Shown here: one piece after another, positions 17,612 to 29,619 of the stretch
Layout of the letters: every line of letters begins with the position of its first letter
Numbering within the stretch: position 1 is the first letter of the stretch
Assembly (NCBI GenBank): GCA_964497265.1
Contig: CAZCCK010000005.1
Span: 1-62,706 of the forward strand
From: Candidatus Woesearchaeota archaeon
Lineage (GTDB): Archaea; Nanobdellota; Nanobdellia; SCGC-AAA011-G17; GW2011-AR18
Direction of reading: 5' to 3'
Length of the DNA: 62,706 bases
The notes under the pieces: generated by a model
What the model was told of the DNA's origin: nothing
Databases searched by the model: none
What the model saw: only the letters and a program-made list of their open reading frames with translations
Program-made: the position numbers and the translations under genes

Positions 17612-18481
17612 ATGTCTTTCGAACATATGTCTATCCGCTTTGCTTATCTGGAGTCGCAGAAGATTGCTAATAGGAATCTATCTGTAGAAGAAATTATCTC
17701 CCTTTCCAGGTCAGAGAAACTTTTTCTTATTCCTTGGAGAATGAACGCGGAGCAAGATTTAGTGTTCCTGAATCGACTTTTAATGCAAAACGAAGGGATT
17801 ATTCCTTTTACCCAATTTTTTGAAATGGTAATGGAGAGATTCAAAAATCTTTTATTTTTTATTGGATCCGAATCCTATGTCGAATTCTCTAATTTTCAAG
17901 GGTTTAAAAAATATAAAAATTATCTCCCGATTGTATTTAAGGGAAATGTGGTTCATTGTGCTTATGATCCTAAAGCGGAGATATTTTTTAAAAATATTAA
18001 AAATAAAGTTAAGAATAAAGAAGAATACTACCTAGCAATGGGAGGAATGGGTACTTTTCAAGGAGACAGCGTATTTGGCGCTTATTGTGAGTATTTGATC
18101 GAGCTACAGGGAAAAGGGAGTAAACAAGGTTTACGTTTTTTAAAGAGATTTACCTTACCTAATAATGAAGAGGTTTTAGTACAAGTTATTCCTAAAGAAT
18201 ATTGGAATGATTCTAGTTGTGCTTTTTCCCGTCCGGCTTGGGGAACTGCTTATTTTTTTATGAGTGGGGCTGTACCTTCTGGCTATAGGGAATTAGTTCT
18301 TCTGCATGAGCTTATTGAAAGTAAGAATAAGAATCATCTTGCTGCTTTGGAAATAGAAATAAGAACTGCTTTTTTACGAGGGGAAAAATTTTTTAAAAAA
18401 TTTTGCAAATGGCGTAAAAATAATAGTAGTCCCAAGGATCAAACCTTTATAGATGAACTTGTTTTAAAATTAAGTAAATAA
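17612..18481 (+). CDS. hypothetical protein (289 aa)
   Basis: Clean ORF with no convincing motif. LLHELIES is not an HExxH motif. Confidence 0.55.
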   Translation: MSFEHMSIRFAYLESQKIANRNLSVEEIISLSRSEKLFLIPWRMNAEQDLVFLNRLLMQNEGIIPFTQFFEMVMERFKNLLFFIGSESYVEFSNFQGFKKYKNYLPIVFKGNVVHCAYDPKAEIFFKNIKNKVKNKEEYYLAMGGMGTFQGDSVFGAYCEYLIELQGKGSKQGLRFLKRFTLPNNEEVLVQVIPKEYWNDSSCAFSRPAWGTAYFFMSGAVPSGYRELVLLHELIESKNKNHLAALEIEIRTAFLRGEKFFKKFCKWRKNNSSPKDQTFIDELVLKLSK

Positions 18482-18642
18482 AGATCAATTTGCTTTCGAT
18501 GTATGATCAAGATTTTTGGAACACGCATGATTCTTATAATTCTAAGGACAAACATAAGTCTTTCATAAAGAGGATTTTTTTGCCGAAAATTGTGCAAGTT
18601 TTGGAGCAAAAAGTTTATAAGTTTAAACATACACTTAAACAT

Positions 18643-18882
18643 ATGGTAAAAACGATTACAATTATGAATGATGCATACGAGGTTTTAAAGAGGTTAAAAA
18701 AGAAAGACGAGAGTTTTAGTGATGTAATAAGAAGAGTTGGAAATGAACAAAAAACTGATCTTACGCGCTGGGTGGGTGTCTTGAAAGGGGATAAACAGAG
18801 AGTAAGGGAATTTCAAACTTCTATAAGGAAAACAAGAGAAGAAGTTTCAGCTGATGTGGAGAAAAGAAATGTTCATTTTTGA
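18643..18882 (+). CDS. vapB: VapB-like antitoxin (archaeal DUF217/UPF0330 type)
   Basis: Start moved to M52 (MVKTITIMNDAYEVLKRLKKKDESFSDVIRRV), the characteristic N-terminus of this antitoxin family. It overlaps the downstream PIN gene. It is a paralog of 20540-20776. Confidence 0.7.
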   Translation: MVKTITIMNDAYEVLKRLKKKDESFSDVIRRVGNEQKTDLTRWVGVLKGDKQRVREFQTSIRKTREEVSADVEKRNVHF

Positions 18883-19243
18883 TAGTTCTGTTGTCATTGA
18901 AATTTTAAATGGAACGCTGATTGGGAAACGGATTAGTGAGCAATTAAATGGCGCAAAGTTTGGTGTGACCGCCTTTAGTGTTTATGAAATTAAGAAGGGA
19001 GAAAGGAGTAATGAAGCTCAAATTATTGATCATTTTTTTGAGAGTGTTCCTATTTTTGAGTTTAATAAAAATGCCGCAAAAAGATCAGCGCAATTGGAAA
19101 AAGAGCTTTCTGAAAAAAGAAGTTTAATTAATAAAGTCGATATTTTTATTGCAGCGATCTGTTTGAGTAATGACTTTGAGTTACTAACCTTAGATTCTGA
19201 TTTTAAGAAAGTTCCAGGATTAAAATTAAGAGAATTTATTTAG
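18869..19243 (+). CDS. vapC: PIN-domain toxin VapC
   Basis: [11 protein letters not shown] start with a conserved Asp, and a C-terminal LLTLDSDF motif. An alternative start is at 18854. Confidence 0.8.
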   Translation: MFIFDSSVVIEILNGTLIGKRISEQLNGAKFGVTAFSVYEIKKGERSNEAQIIDHFFESVPIFEFNKNAAKRSAQLEKELSEKRSLINKVDIFIAAICLSNDFELLTLDSDFKKVPGLKLREFI

Positions 19244-19418
19244 CTGTTTTTTCCATATATCCGCATTTACCACAATAAACTCTATCTTTGTGTATTGCTA
19301 AGAAGATTCCAACACCGCATTTTGGGCAGCTTTTAGCTCTTTCTATTTTACCATTAGAAACTTTGTATTTTTTCCATCGTTCAGAAGGTTTGTGTGGTTT
19401 TACTTTTTTCTTTGCCAT
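19236..19418 (-). CDS. rps27ae: ribosomal protein S27ae (eS31)
   Basis: Zinc ribbon [24 protein letters not shown]. 60 aa. Last gene of the conserved rpo7-spt4-S24e-S27ae operon. Confidence 0.9.
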   Translation of the reverse strand: MAKKKVKPHKPSERWKKYKVSNGKIERAKSCPKCGVGIFLAIHKDRVYCGKCGYMEKTAK

Positions 19419-19419
19419 T

Positions 19420-19701
19420 TTATTTTGCTGCAGCAGCTACTGGTTTTTTACCTTTTGGAGGTTCTAAAAATTTCATTACTTTTTCATCCTCGTAAACATG
19501 AACAATAACCTTAGAGTTATTCGCGCCATAATTTGTATAAACGTGGCGAACTGCGATTTTTCCGGGTTCTGCGCCTAGTTTTTTAGCGATTTCCTCTTTA
19601 ATTTCTACTTTTTTTGGTGTTGCTTTGCCAGAATGTTCAATCTCAAAGGTGTATCTTTTTCTTCCTAAGAGTAAATTTTCTTTTTCTTGGATTTGTTTCA
19701 T
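19420..19701 (-). CDS. rps24e: ribosomal protein S24e (eS24)
   Basis: [21 protein letters not shown]...[17 protein letters not shown]. Operon context. Confidence 0.9.
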   Translation of the reverse strand: MKQIQEKENLLLGRKRYTFEIEHSGKATPKKVEIKEEIAKKLGAEPGKIAVRHVYTNYGANNSKVIVHVYEDEKVMKFLEPPKGKKPVAAAAK

Positions 19702-19889
19702 CGTATTTTGATTGCGTATTCTCCTTTGTCTTTAATCCCCATCTTTTTTGCAACTTCTGATTGTTCTACATTGAAAATGATTGCTCTTCCTTTCCAGCTT
19801 GTGGTGAGTTCTGATCTTTTGCATAAAGGACATTCATTGCCTTTGAGGACAAAGATCCTACAGTATTTACATGCTTTTTTCTTGACCAT
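19698..19889 (-). CDS. spt4: transcription elongation factor Spt4 (RpoE'')
   Basis: Zinc ribbon CKYCRIF...CPLCKRSELTTSWKG and EVAKKMGI. 63 aa. Has a 4-nt overlap with S24e. Confidence 0.85.
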   Translation of the reverse strand: MVKKKACKYCRIFVLKGNECPLCKRSELTTSWKGRAIIFNVEQSEVAKKMGIKDKGEYAIKIR

Positions 19890-20452
19890 TATTCTTTTTT
19901 ACCTTTCTTTGGTGCTTTTTTTGGATCTTCTTCTAACCATTTAAGGTTTCCTAAATGAGGTTGCCTCATAGTAAGCCCGATTTTTGGGTTTGCTACGTCT
20001 TTATAGCTGACTGCGATGACGCGTGCGCGGCATTTGTCTCCAACTTTTAAAACTTTTTTAGAGTCTTTTCCTGTCAAAGTTTTTTGTTTGCTAAAGCTGA
20101 TGAAATCGTCCATTGTTTGTGAGACATGAATCATTCCTTCTACTGCGCCTAAGTTAATGAACGCTCCAAAGTTTGTAATGTCTGAAATCTTTCCTAAGAG
20201 GATTTCTTGCATTTCAGGTAGGAAGGTAAGGAGGTTGAATTCTGTTTCGTAAAAGACTGCTCCATCTCCTGGAATAATGAGGCCTTCTCCGATGTTTAAG
20301 ACGTCAGTTACTGCGACAACAAAGCCTACGTCTTGGGAGATAAATCCTTCAAAGTTGGTAGTAAGTTGTTGGAAAACAGCTTCTTTTGTGTCTAGTTTAA
20401 GAAGTGAAGGCGAGACCCTCACATGGCTCTTTGCTCGAATTTCATAGAACAT
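19889..20452 (-). CDS. rpoE: DNA-directed RNA polymerase subunit Rpo7 (E')
   Basis: N-terminal Rpb7-like fold followed by an S1 domain (GKISDITNFGAFINLGAVEGMIHVSQ). Confidence 0.9.
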   Translation of the reverse strand: MFYEIRAKSHVRVSPSLLKLDTKEAVFQQLTTNFEGFISQDVGFVVAVTDVLNIGEGLIIPGDGAVFYETEFNLLTFLPEMQEILLGKISDITNFGAFINLGAVEGMIHVSQTMDDFISFSKQKTLTGKDSKKVLKVGDKCRARVIAVSYKDVANPKIGLTMRQPHLGNLKWLEEDPKKAPKKGKKE

Positions 20453-20477
20453 TTTGCATGTATGGTATTCAAGGTTT

Positions 20478-20520
20478 ATTTTTAAATATTCCGGTTTTTT
20501 GAAAGAAAGCTATATAAATA
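20478..20520. promoter_or_regulatory. divergent promoter region with two TATA boxes
   Basis: TTTTTAAATA at 20478-20487 faces rpo7 (ATG 20452). TATATAAATA at 20511-20520 faces the VapB gene (ATG 20534/20540). Confidence 0.4.
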
Positions 20521-20539
20521 AGTAAATACATGTATGTGT

Positions 20540-20776
20540 ATGGCTACAAAAACAATTACGATCACCGTAGAAGCATATGAAAAATTAAAAAGAATGAAGG
20601 AAGAAAGAGAAAGTTTTAGTGATGTAATCAATAGGATGGTTAAAAAAAGATCTCTTTTAGAGTTAGCTGGTATTCTTAATGAGAAAGAAGGAGAAGAGTT
20701 TGAAAAAGCGATTAAAGAAGGGAGAGAAGGAAGTAAAAAAAGAATGTTAAAGATAAAGGAGATGTTTGAAAATTGA
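20540..20776 (+). CDS. vapB: VapB-like antitoxin (DUF217/UPF0330 type)
   Basis: MATKTITITVEAYEKLKRMKEERESFSDVINRMV is a paralog of 18643-18882. Has a 4-nt overlap (TTGA) with the downstream PIN gene. Confidence 0.7.
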   Translation: MATKTITITVEAYEKLKRMKEERESFSDVINRMVKKRSLLELAGILNEKEGEEFEKAIKEGREGSKKRMLKIKEMFEN

Positions 20777-21162
20777 TTTTAGATACGGGTTTTATTGTAG
20801 ATCTTTTTAAAGGAAAAAAGAACGCAGTTGAAAAGATGCAAAGCTTAAGTGAAAAGGGGGATGCTTATTTTGTAAGTGCAGTTACTTTGCATGAATTATG
20901 GACTGGGGTGACGCTTAGTATTCAAGAAGAGCAAGAAAAGGCGAGAATAAAGCAGACATTAGAAAGTATTGATATTTTGAATTTTGATGTTTTTTGTGCG
21001 CAGATTTCAGGAATGGTTAATGGAAAACTAATGAAAGATGGAAAGATGATTGGTTCTGAAGATTGTATGATTGCAGGAACTGCTCTTTATCACAAATTGC
21101 CTTTATTAACGAAGGATGAACATTTTAAAAGAATTCACGGATTAAAAATAGAGAATTATTAG
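20773..21162 (+). CDS. vapC: PIN-domain toxin VapC (TTG start)
   Basis: MILDTGFIVDL start. LLTKDEHFKRI near the C-terminus. Confidence 0.8.
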   Translation: MILDTGFIVDLFKGKKNAVEKMQSLSEKGDAYFVSAVTLHELWTGVTLSIQEEQEKARIKQTLESIDILNFDVFCAQISGMVNGKLMKDGKMIGSEDCMIAGTALYHKLPLLTKDEHFKRIHGLKIENY

Positions 21163-21200
21163 AGAATAATTTTAAGAATTTTTCCAACTCTTATTAATAA

Positions 21201-21548
21201 TTAATCAATCAAATTAAGATATTTCTTCTGTCTAATAATAATATAGGGCTTAGTTAATTGTTTTTTTAAAAGTTGATCTTGTGTAGCGATAATAGCTCCT
21301 TCTTTGGATAATTGAATTAATTGTGTGTCTGCGTAATTGTTTTCAGAAGGGATTTTGTCTACTTTACTTAAAAGTGCTTTAATTAATTTTAATTGTTTTG
21401 GTTTTAATCTGTCAAGTTCGTTTAAAGTAGCTTCTGTAACTGAAAGCTTATAAGTGAAAGTACAAATTCTTTCGATCTCAGAAAAGAAGTCTATTTTGAA
21501 TTTAGCACAGTTAATTAAAAAGTTAGTATCGAGCACTATTTTTCTCAT
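21201..21548 (-). CDS. small Fcf1/Utp24-like PIN-domain protein
   Basis: MRKIVLDTNFLINCAKFKIDFFSEI and C-terminal IATQDQLLKKQL. Size and motifs match the archaeal COG1412-type PIN, which I recall as a conserved neighbour of rpoE/aIF2-gamma operons. Confidence 0.65.
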   Translation of the reverse strand: MRKIVLDTNFLINCAKFKIDFFSEIERICTFTYKLSVTEATLNELDRLKPKQLKLIKALLSKVDKIPSENNYADTQLIQLSKEGAIIATQDQLLKKQLTKPYIIIRQKKYLNLID

Positions 21549-21599
21549 TAGTTTAAGATTGAAAGATAACCTTTTAAAGGTTTGTAGATAGATTTCAAG

Positions 21600-21962
21600 A
21601 TGGAATTTAAAGACGCTGGCTTGTATGCTCTGGCTATGCCTGATGGTAATACCTATGTGGGAAGAATTGAAAATCCTTCTAATCCTGTTCTAGAACAGGT
21701 GGTTATTTTTGAAACTGCGAACGTTGAACATTATGTAAGAATAAATAAAGAAGAAACAGGGGAGTCTGAACCTGGAAAATTTGTAGATCCAAAAACGAGA
21801 TATAGATTAGGTTATGAGGGAGTTATGCATATGAGGGGTTCAAGAAATGAAAGAGCGCTTTCTTCACCAGATTACTTTAATTTTAATCAGGTCTTAGCTA
21901 GGTGGTATTTAGCTTCTTTAAAAGATTTAGATAAAGAACTTAAAAAACCTCAGGGACTGTAA
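21600..21962 (+). CDS. hypothetical protein (120 aa)
   Basis: Clean ORF with no motif recognised. Confidence 0.5.
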   Translation: MEFKDAGLYALAMPDGNTYVGRIENPSNPVLEQVVIFETANVEHYVRINKEETGESEPGKFVDPKTRYRLGYEGVMHMRGSRNERALSSPDYFNFNQVLARWYLASLKDLDKELKKPQGL

Positions 21963-22156
21963 AGACTACTATTTTTCTCATCCCATAAGATCATTATTTA
22001 GCGTTTATAAGCCTTATTGAAGGGTATAATTTTGACAAGAAAACAGGCTCTATAACCCGTATAAATACGTTAAAATGCATTTTTAAGTCAAGAAAACCTT
22101 TTATAGCAACAACGCTTCTCAAAGGATAGATTATGAATCTATTTATGGGGAGTTAA

Positions 22157-24085
<1,929 letters not shown>

Positions 24086-24086
24086 C

Positions 24087-24644
24087 ATGGTCGCAAAGAA
24101 TTATTCAATAGAAGCCATGAGGGAAGATTTGAGAAAGAATCGAGTGTTTGCAGAAGCCGCAGTGGGTCAAAGAGAAATGAACGAAATTCATCTTCCAGAA
24201 AGATTTGAAGAAAGTTTGAAACGATATAGCCAAGAAGGAAAAAAGGTTTTAGGATATTTAATGTACCTTAAAGTTGGAAAAGAGATTAAAAGAGATTTAG
24301 TGGTGAATACCTATAAGCGGGATGACGCTGGATTGCTCAAGAAATTTTTCCAGGAGTATCCAGTTTTTAGTATGTTACCTTTTTCAACAAGAAGCAAAGA
24401 AAGAGAGTTCCCAGAGCGAATTCCTTTAAATTGGGATCAGCAAAGCAGATTAGTAAGCGTAAGTCCAGAGTACCGTTTTTTATCTGTGGGTCCTGAAAGT
24501 TTGAATTTGTATGGGTTAGAGGGAAGTGAACTTGTCAAATCTGAAGTGAAGGTTGTTAGAGATTCAAAATTAAGTAGAGATCTTGAGGATATTACAAATC
24601 GTGCTTTGGACAGAGTAAGAACAGAACTTGAGAGTGAGCGATAA
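24087..24644 (+). CDS. hypothetical protein (185 aa) inserted between gyrB and gyrA
   Basis: Its ATG lies 1 nt after the gyrB stop. Its stop overlaps the gyrA ATG (TAATG). No motif recognised. Confidence 0.6.
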   Translation: MVAKNYSIEAMREDLRKNRVFAEAAVGQREMNEIHLPERFEESLKRYSQEGKKVLGYLMYLKVGKEIKRDLVVNTYKRDDAGLLKKFFQEYPVFSMLPFSTRSKEREFPERIPLNWDQQSRLVSVSPEYRFLSVGPESLNLYGLEGSELVKSEVKVVRDSKLSRDLEDITNRALDRVRTELESER

Positions 24645-27304
24645 TGGCAGAGAAGGTTATTCCAATTTTAATAGAGAATGAGATGAGGACTGCTTATTTA
24701 GATTATTCTATGTCTGTTATTGTTGGAAGAGCGTTGCCGGATGTGCGTGATGGTCTTAAGCCGGTTCATAGAAGAATTTTATTTGCGATGAATGAGCTGG
24801 GTATGCAGAGTACAAAAGCTTATAAGAAATCTGCGAGAATTGTGGGTGAGATTTTAGGAAAGTATCATCCTCATGGTGATCAGTCTGTATATGACGCGTT
24901 AGTAAGAATGGCGCAGGATTTTTCGTTAAGATATCCGTTAGTTTGGGGTCAGGGGAATTGGGGGTCAATTGATGGGGATCCTCCGGCAGCGATGCGTTAT
25001 ACTGAAGCAAGGTTAACTAAAATTGCGGATGAAGTGTTAGCAGATATTGAGAAGGAGACTGTTGATTTTGTTCCTAATTTTGATGGGTCTACAAATGAAC
25101 CTTTGGTTTTACCTACTCGTTTGCCGAATCTGTTAGTAAATGGTTCTTCCGGTATTGCTGTAGGTATGGCAACAAATATTCCTCCGCATAATGTTTCGGA
25201 GGTTGTGGATGTTATTTCAGTGTTAGTGGATAATGAAGAAACGGAATTAGAAGCGCTAATGGGTTTGATTAAAGGTCCTGATTTTCCTACTGGTGGTCAG
25301 ATTATTGGTCTTAATGGAGTTAGATCTGCTTACAAGACTGGAAGGGGAAAAGTTGTTGTAAGAGCGAAAGCTGCTGTTGAAGAGGATAAGATTGTTGTTA
25401 CGCAAATTCCTTATCAATTAAACAAATCTTTACTTTTAGAACAGATTGCTGATTTAGTGAAAGAAAAAGTTGTTGAAGGTATCTCTGATCTGAGGGACGA
25501 GTCAGATAGGGATGGTATGCGTATTGTTATTGAGCTTAAGAAAGGATTTGATGGAAATATTGTTTTAAATCAATTATACAAGCATTCGCAATTACAAACG
25601 TCTTTTGGTATTATCAATCTTGCTTTAGTGAATAACGAGCCGAAAGTATTAAGTTTAAAAGAAATGTGTGTGGAGTTTATTAAACATAGAAAAGAGGTAG
25701 TTACAAGAAGAACCGCTTTCGATCTTAAAAAAGCTGAAGAGAGAGATCATATTTTGCAAGGTCTTCTTATTGCCTTAAAATCTATTGATGAGGTTATTCG
25801 GTTAATTAAGGCAAGTAAAGATGTTGAAAATGCTCGTTCTGGCTTGATGAATAATTATATTTTGTCTGAGATGCAGGCAAATGCAATTTTAGAAATGCGT
25901 TTAAGTAGATTGGCTGCGTTAGAGCAGCAAAAGATTTTAGAGGAGCATAATGAACTAGTAAGTTTTATTGCAGATTTAAAATCAATTTTAGCTTCTGAAG
26001 AAAGAGTAAGAAAGATTATCAAAGATGAATTATTGTTTATTAAAGAAAATTATGGGGATAAGAGAAGAACTGAGATTATTGAAGCTGAAGGAGAGATTTT
26101 AGAAAGTGAAGATCTTATTGAAGATGAAAAAGTTGTTATTACGCTAACTAATTCTGGTTATATTAAAAGAATTCCTCTTGAAGTTTACAAAGCGCAAAAG
26201 CGTGGTGGGAAAGGCATTATTGCTGCTGAAACAAAAGACGATGCTGACTTTGTGGAGCATGTGATTACCACTTCAAATCTGACGCAAGTATTATTCTTTA
26301 CAACAGATGGTACTGTGAATTGGATGAAAGCTTATCAAGTTCCTGAAGCTGGAAGGTATGCTAAAGGTACTGCAATTGTTAACTTATTAAAATTAGAGCA
26401 AGGTCAAAAGATAACGTCTATTATTCCAGTGCAGGAATTTAAAGAAGGCGAGTATCTTGTGATGATTACCAAGAAGGGTATTGTAAAGAAGACTTCTGTA
26501 ATGGATTATTCTAGGCCAAGACAGGGCGGTATTATTGGTATTACTTTAAGAGAAGGGGATGGTTTGGTTACGGTTAAATTGACGCAAGGTAATCACCAAT
26601 TAATTATTGCTACGAAAGATGGTCGTGCTGTTCGTTGTAAAGAAGAGGATATTCGTGCTGTCGGTCGTTCAGGTATGGGTGTAAAGGGGATTAATGTAAA
26701 AGATTCTGAAGTTGTTGGTATGGAAATTTGTGAGGCGCCGTATGTTTTAACAGTGACTGAGAAAGGGTATGGAAAGAGAAGCGAGGTAAATGATTATCGT
26801 TTGATTAACCGCGGTGGTTCTGGGGTAATTAATATTAAGATTACAGAGAAGAATGGTCCTGTTGCAGCGATTAAAGTTGTTTCGGATAATGATGATATTA
26901 TTTGTGTGACTAAGAAAGGAGTTTTGATTAGGATGTCTGTCAAGGATATTTCCGTTATTGGACGTAACACGCAGGGTGTTCGAGTAATGAAGCTTGATGA
27001 AGATGATGCTTTAGTGAATGTTGCAAAAATATTATCTGATGAGGTTTTGGAAGGGAAAGTTTCTGAGTTTAAGCCTTCTGATGAAGCCCCTAAGGAAGAA
27101 TTAGCTGAAGATGCTGAGCTTAAAACTGAAGTAAAAGAGGAGGAACTTAATCTAGATGAAGATCTTTCTAAAGAGTATAAATTTGCTTCTGAACAGAAGG
27201 TGAGTGAGCAAGAGCTTAAAGCGTTTTTAGAGAAGAACGAGATTAAGGAAGAACCTGCTAAGCCAAGAGATTTTACTCTTGAAGGTTTTGAGGAAAAGCC
27301 TTAA
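24644..27304 (+). CDS. gyrA: DNA gyrase subunit A
   Basis: [18 protein letters not shown] and [10 protein letters not shown] (catalytic Tyr). GyrA-box-like QKRGGKG. Beta-pinwheel repeats. 88-aa Glu/Lys-rich C-terminal tail. Confidence 0.97.
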   Translation: MAEKVIPILIENEMRTAYLDYSMSVIVGRALPDVRDGLKPVHRRILFAMNELGMQSTKAYKKSARIVGEILGKYHPHGDQSVYDALVRMAQDFSLRYPLVWGQGNWGSIDGDPPAAMRYTEARLTKIADEVLADIEKETVDFVPNFDGSTNEPLVLPTRLPNLLVNGSSGIAVGMATNIPPHNVSEVVDVISVLVDNEETELEALMGLIKGPDFPTGGQIIGLNGVRSAYKTGRGKVVVRAKAAVEEDKIVVTQIPYQLNKSLLLEQIADLVKEKVVEGISDLRDESDRDGMRIVIELKKGFDGNIVLNQLYKHSQLQTSFGIINLALVNNEPKVLSLKEMCVEFIKHRKEVVTRRTAFDLKKAEERDHILQGLLIALKSIDEVIRLIKASKDVENARSGLMNNYILSEMQANAILEMRLSRLAALEQQKILEEHNELVSFIADLKSILASEERVRKIIKDELLFIKENYGDKRRTEIIEAEGEILESEDLIEDEKVVITLTNSGYIKRIPLEVYKAQKRGGKGIIAAETKDDADFVEHVITTSNLTQVLFFTTDGTVNWMKAYQVPEAGRYAKGTAIVNLLKLEQGQKITSIIPVQEFKEGEYLVMITKKGIVKKTSVMDYSRPRQGGIIGITLREGDGLVTVKLTQGNHQLIIATKDGRAVRCKEEDIRAVGRSGMGVKGINVKDSEVVGMEICEAPYVLTVTEKGYGKRSEVNDYRLINRGGSGVINIKITEKNGPVAAIKVVSDNDDIICVTKKGVLIRMSVKDISVIGRNTQGVRVMKLDEDDALVNVAKILSDEVLEGKVSEFKPSDEAPKEELAEDAELKTEVKEEELNLDEDLSKEYKFASEQKVSEQELKAFLEKNEIKEEPAKPRDFTLEGFEEKP

Positions 27305-27932
27305 GTTGTTTTTTGAGCAGAGAAATTCCTAAAAGAAGGAAAATCGAGCTAAGAAGCAGGAAAGAGAGAAGTTTTTTTGTTAAGTCTATAAATAGTTCTA
27401 AGGGAAGGAGTTTGATTAAGTTGTCTGTTTCAGGATTAAGTATCCAGAGGGTGTTGTTAAAAAGTAATTTGTGAAAAAGAATGAAGGTTGTTTGAAAATT
27501 AAGAAGAGAAAGCAGAGCTAAAAGCAGAGTAAAAAGAAAGCTAAAGAGCGCTCCAAAAAAGATTCCTTGAAGATAAAGGAAATACTTTTTATGTAAAAGA
27601 AGCAGATAAGTAAAGAAAAGAAAGAGAAAGTAACTACTGAGTAAGATAATTTTCAAAAGAGAGTAAAGGTGCTTTACGTCTTCTAAGTGTTGTTTTTCTT
27701 TTGAATTATAGAAAGAGCTGTCTAAAGATTTTGTTTTTCCTTGTAAGTAATCTAAGGCGGATTGAAATTGATTATTTATAAAAGTTTGATCTTGATTAAA
27801 TTGGGAATAAAGCGAGTATTTTTCAAATTCTTGTAAGTAAAAAGTAGAATTAAAAGAAATAAACCAGAGTGTTCCGCCTGTAAGAAGCAGGAAGGTGAGG
27901 GTGGCGAGAATAAATTGAAGTATTTTTGTCAT
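27273..27932 (-). CDS. integral membrane protein, DUF1461/TIGR01906-like
   Basis: N-terminal TM segment, a soluble segment with [12 protein letters not shown] (resembling the E..HM.DVK.LF motif of that family), then several TM helices. It overlaps the gyrA 3' end by 32 nt, convergently. Confidence 0.55.
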   Translation of the reverse strand: MTKILQFILATLTFLLLTGGTLWFISFNSTFYLQEFEKYSLYSQFNQDQTFINNQFQSALDYLQGKTKSLDSSFYNSKEKQHLEDVKHLYSLLKIILLSSYFLFLFFTYLLLLHKKYFLYLQGIFFGALFSFLFTLLLALLSLLNFQTTFILFHKLLFNNTLWILNPETDNLIKLLPLELFIDLTKKLLSFLLLSSIFLLLGISLLKKQLKAFPQNLQE

Positions 27933-28158
27933 GTCTATGGAATCTAGAGGGATACTATTTAAGGTTATTTTAGAGAATAGTTATATGATTTTTATGCACG
28001 TTGCAAAAAAAGAAAAATATTTCTGTTTTGATTGAAGTACAAAGGTAGAATAGAGAAGCGATTAGATTTTATAAAAAGTTAGACTTTGAAGAGACACATA
28101 CTTTTTTATTGGGAAAAAATTTGTAAAGTTTTAAATAGAAGTTATTTTATTTAATTAT

Positions 28159-28482
28159 GTGAAGCGTTTAAAATTTTCAGAAAACTTAGTGCCTTTAGTT
28201 GTTTCTAAGGAAAAAGATACTACTTGGAGGATTAATGATGATAAATTTCTTACAGTTGGAGATTCTTTATCTTTGTGTGATAAAGATGGAGAAGAATTTG
28301 GAAAAGCAGAAATTTTGTGGGTTAAAGATACGTTTTTTAAAAATTTAACCACAGAAGATTTTGAAGGTCATGAAAAGTTTAGTTCTGAAGAAGAGATGCT
28401 TTCAACATATTCAAAATATTATTCAATGGATGTTACTAAAGAAACAAAAGTGAAAGTTATAAAATTTAAACTTAAGGGATAA
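28159..28482 (+). CDS. ASCH-domain protein (GTG start)
   Basis: LKFSENLVPLVVSKEKDTTWRINDD matches the ASCH N-terminal pattern (..I..G.KT.T.R). 107 aa. Confidence 0.55.
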   Translation: MKRLKFSENLVPLVVSKEKDTTWRINDDKFLTVGDSLSLCDKDGEEFGKAEILWVKDTFFKNLTTEDFEGHEKFSSEEEMLSTYSKYYSMDVTKETKVKVIKFKLKG

Positions 28483-28512
28483 TCTTTTAAAGTTTCTTAT
28501 ATCTATAAAATT

Positions 28513-29616
28513 ATGAATTTTAGTAAAAAGAAAATTTTACCTGCTCTCGGTTTGATAGGGATAGTTGGAGCTTATCTGTCTCTTTCTCAGAATGAAATTA
28601 GTGTTTTTCCAAAAAAGAATGTTTTTCTAAGGGTAAGTCCTAACCAAGAAATAAAAACCTCATCTCAGGCAGCTCCTGAACCAGTTAAAAGATCTTCTCC
28701 TTCAAAAAATGTTGAAACTGAAAAATCAGCTAGTAAAGGTGAAAATTTAGCTAAAGAATTGTTAGACTCAGATGGTTGTGTGAAAAATTTTGATGATTTC
28801 CTTGCTGCTCGGGATAGAATTAAATCCACTTACAAAAATAAAGGATTTGAGGCTGCAAAACAGGTATATGATGAATTTGTAAGTAAGGCAGATGTTGTTT
28901 TTCATAGAATTAGTTTTGATGCTGAGAGTGTAGTCAAGTGTATGAAAAAATATAATTCAATAAACTATTTTAGTGATTTGCAGTCTTTTAAGAGTTATCT
29001 TTTAGAAGATCTAGCTCCTTCTGATCAGTTGAGGTTATTAACTGGAGCTTTAACTAAGTTTTATGAGAAGGAAAAATTAGATCATATGATTTCAGAAGAT
29101 AATGCTGGTCTTGTGAATGTGCTAAGAAAGTTGGATGCTTCTGAAAGGAAAAACTTCATTGTTAAAAATTGTAACGGTCAAGAAGGCGTTTTTGAAGAAC
29201 CCGTGGGATATGGTAATAATGAAGATAAGGATGAGTTTAATTATCCTGTATGTATGGTTTTGTTTAAACATTTTCCAGATGATTTTTCAAAAGTAATTTC
29301 TTATGTTTCTAAGGCTAGTGCTCCTGCTCCTTTAAAAATTGCGTATGATTATCAGGATTGGCAGTCAAAAATGGAAGAAGATGAACTGGTAAATAAAATT
29401 AGCGCTGAAATTTGCAATGTTGCAAAGAGTAAGGATTTTCCTGCTCATATCCTGCAGGATTTTATGTATTCTAATTTAGAAGTTCTCGGAGTAAATCCTA
29501 GCGATAAACTTAGACAAGAAGTTGAGGCTAAAATTGATGCAGACTGTCCTGGATCGAGGTTACCTCCTGAAATTGAAGCTAAAGTAAAGGCTTATTTAGA
29601 AAAAAATAAAAACTAA
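28513..29616 (+). CDS. hypothetical membrane-anchored protein (367 aa)
   Basis: N-terminal signal anchor KKILPALGLIGIVGAYLSL. The rest is unrecognised. Confidence 0.55.
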   Translation: MNFSKKKILPALGLIGIVGAYLSLSQNEISVFPKKNVFLRVSPNQEIKTSSQAAPEPVKRSSPSKNVETEKSASKGENLAKELLDSDGCVKNFDDFLAARDRIKSTYKNKGFEAAKQVYDEFVSKADVVFHRISFDAESVVKCMKKYNSINYFSDLQSFKSYLLEDLAPSDQLRLLTGALTKFYEKEKLDHMISEDNAGLVNVLRKLDASERKNFIVKNCNGQEGVFEEPVGYGNNEDKDEFNYPVCMVLFKHFPDDFSKVISYVSKASAPAPLKIAYDYQDWQSKMEEDELVNKISAEICNVAKSKDFPAHILQDFMYSNLEVLGVNPSDKLRQEVEAKIDADCPGSRLPPEIEAKVKAYLEKNKN

Positions 29617-29619
29617 AAG

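Noticed and set aside
22133-22156. 7-codon upstream ORF (MNLFMGS) just before gyrB, considered as a leader peptide or attenuator.
   Set aside because: It is too short to evaluate and has no associated alternative hairpins. The GGGGAG inside it may simply be a distant SD-like element.
24087-24644. Possibility that the gyrB-gyrA intervening ORF is a fragment of a split gyrB or gyrA, or an intein remnant.
   Set aside because: Both gyrase genes have complete N- and C-termini with all motifs. The ORF has no Hint or LAGLIDADG motifs and no similarity to gyrase segments by eye.
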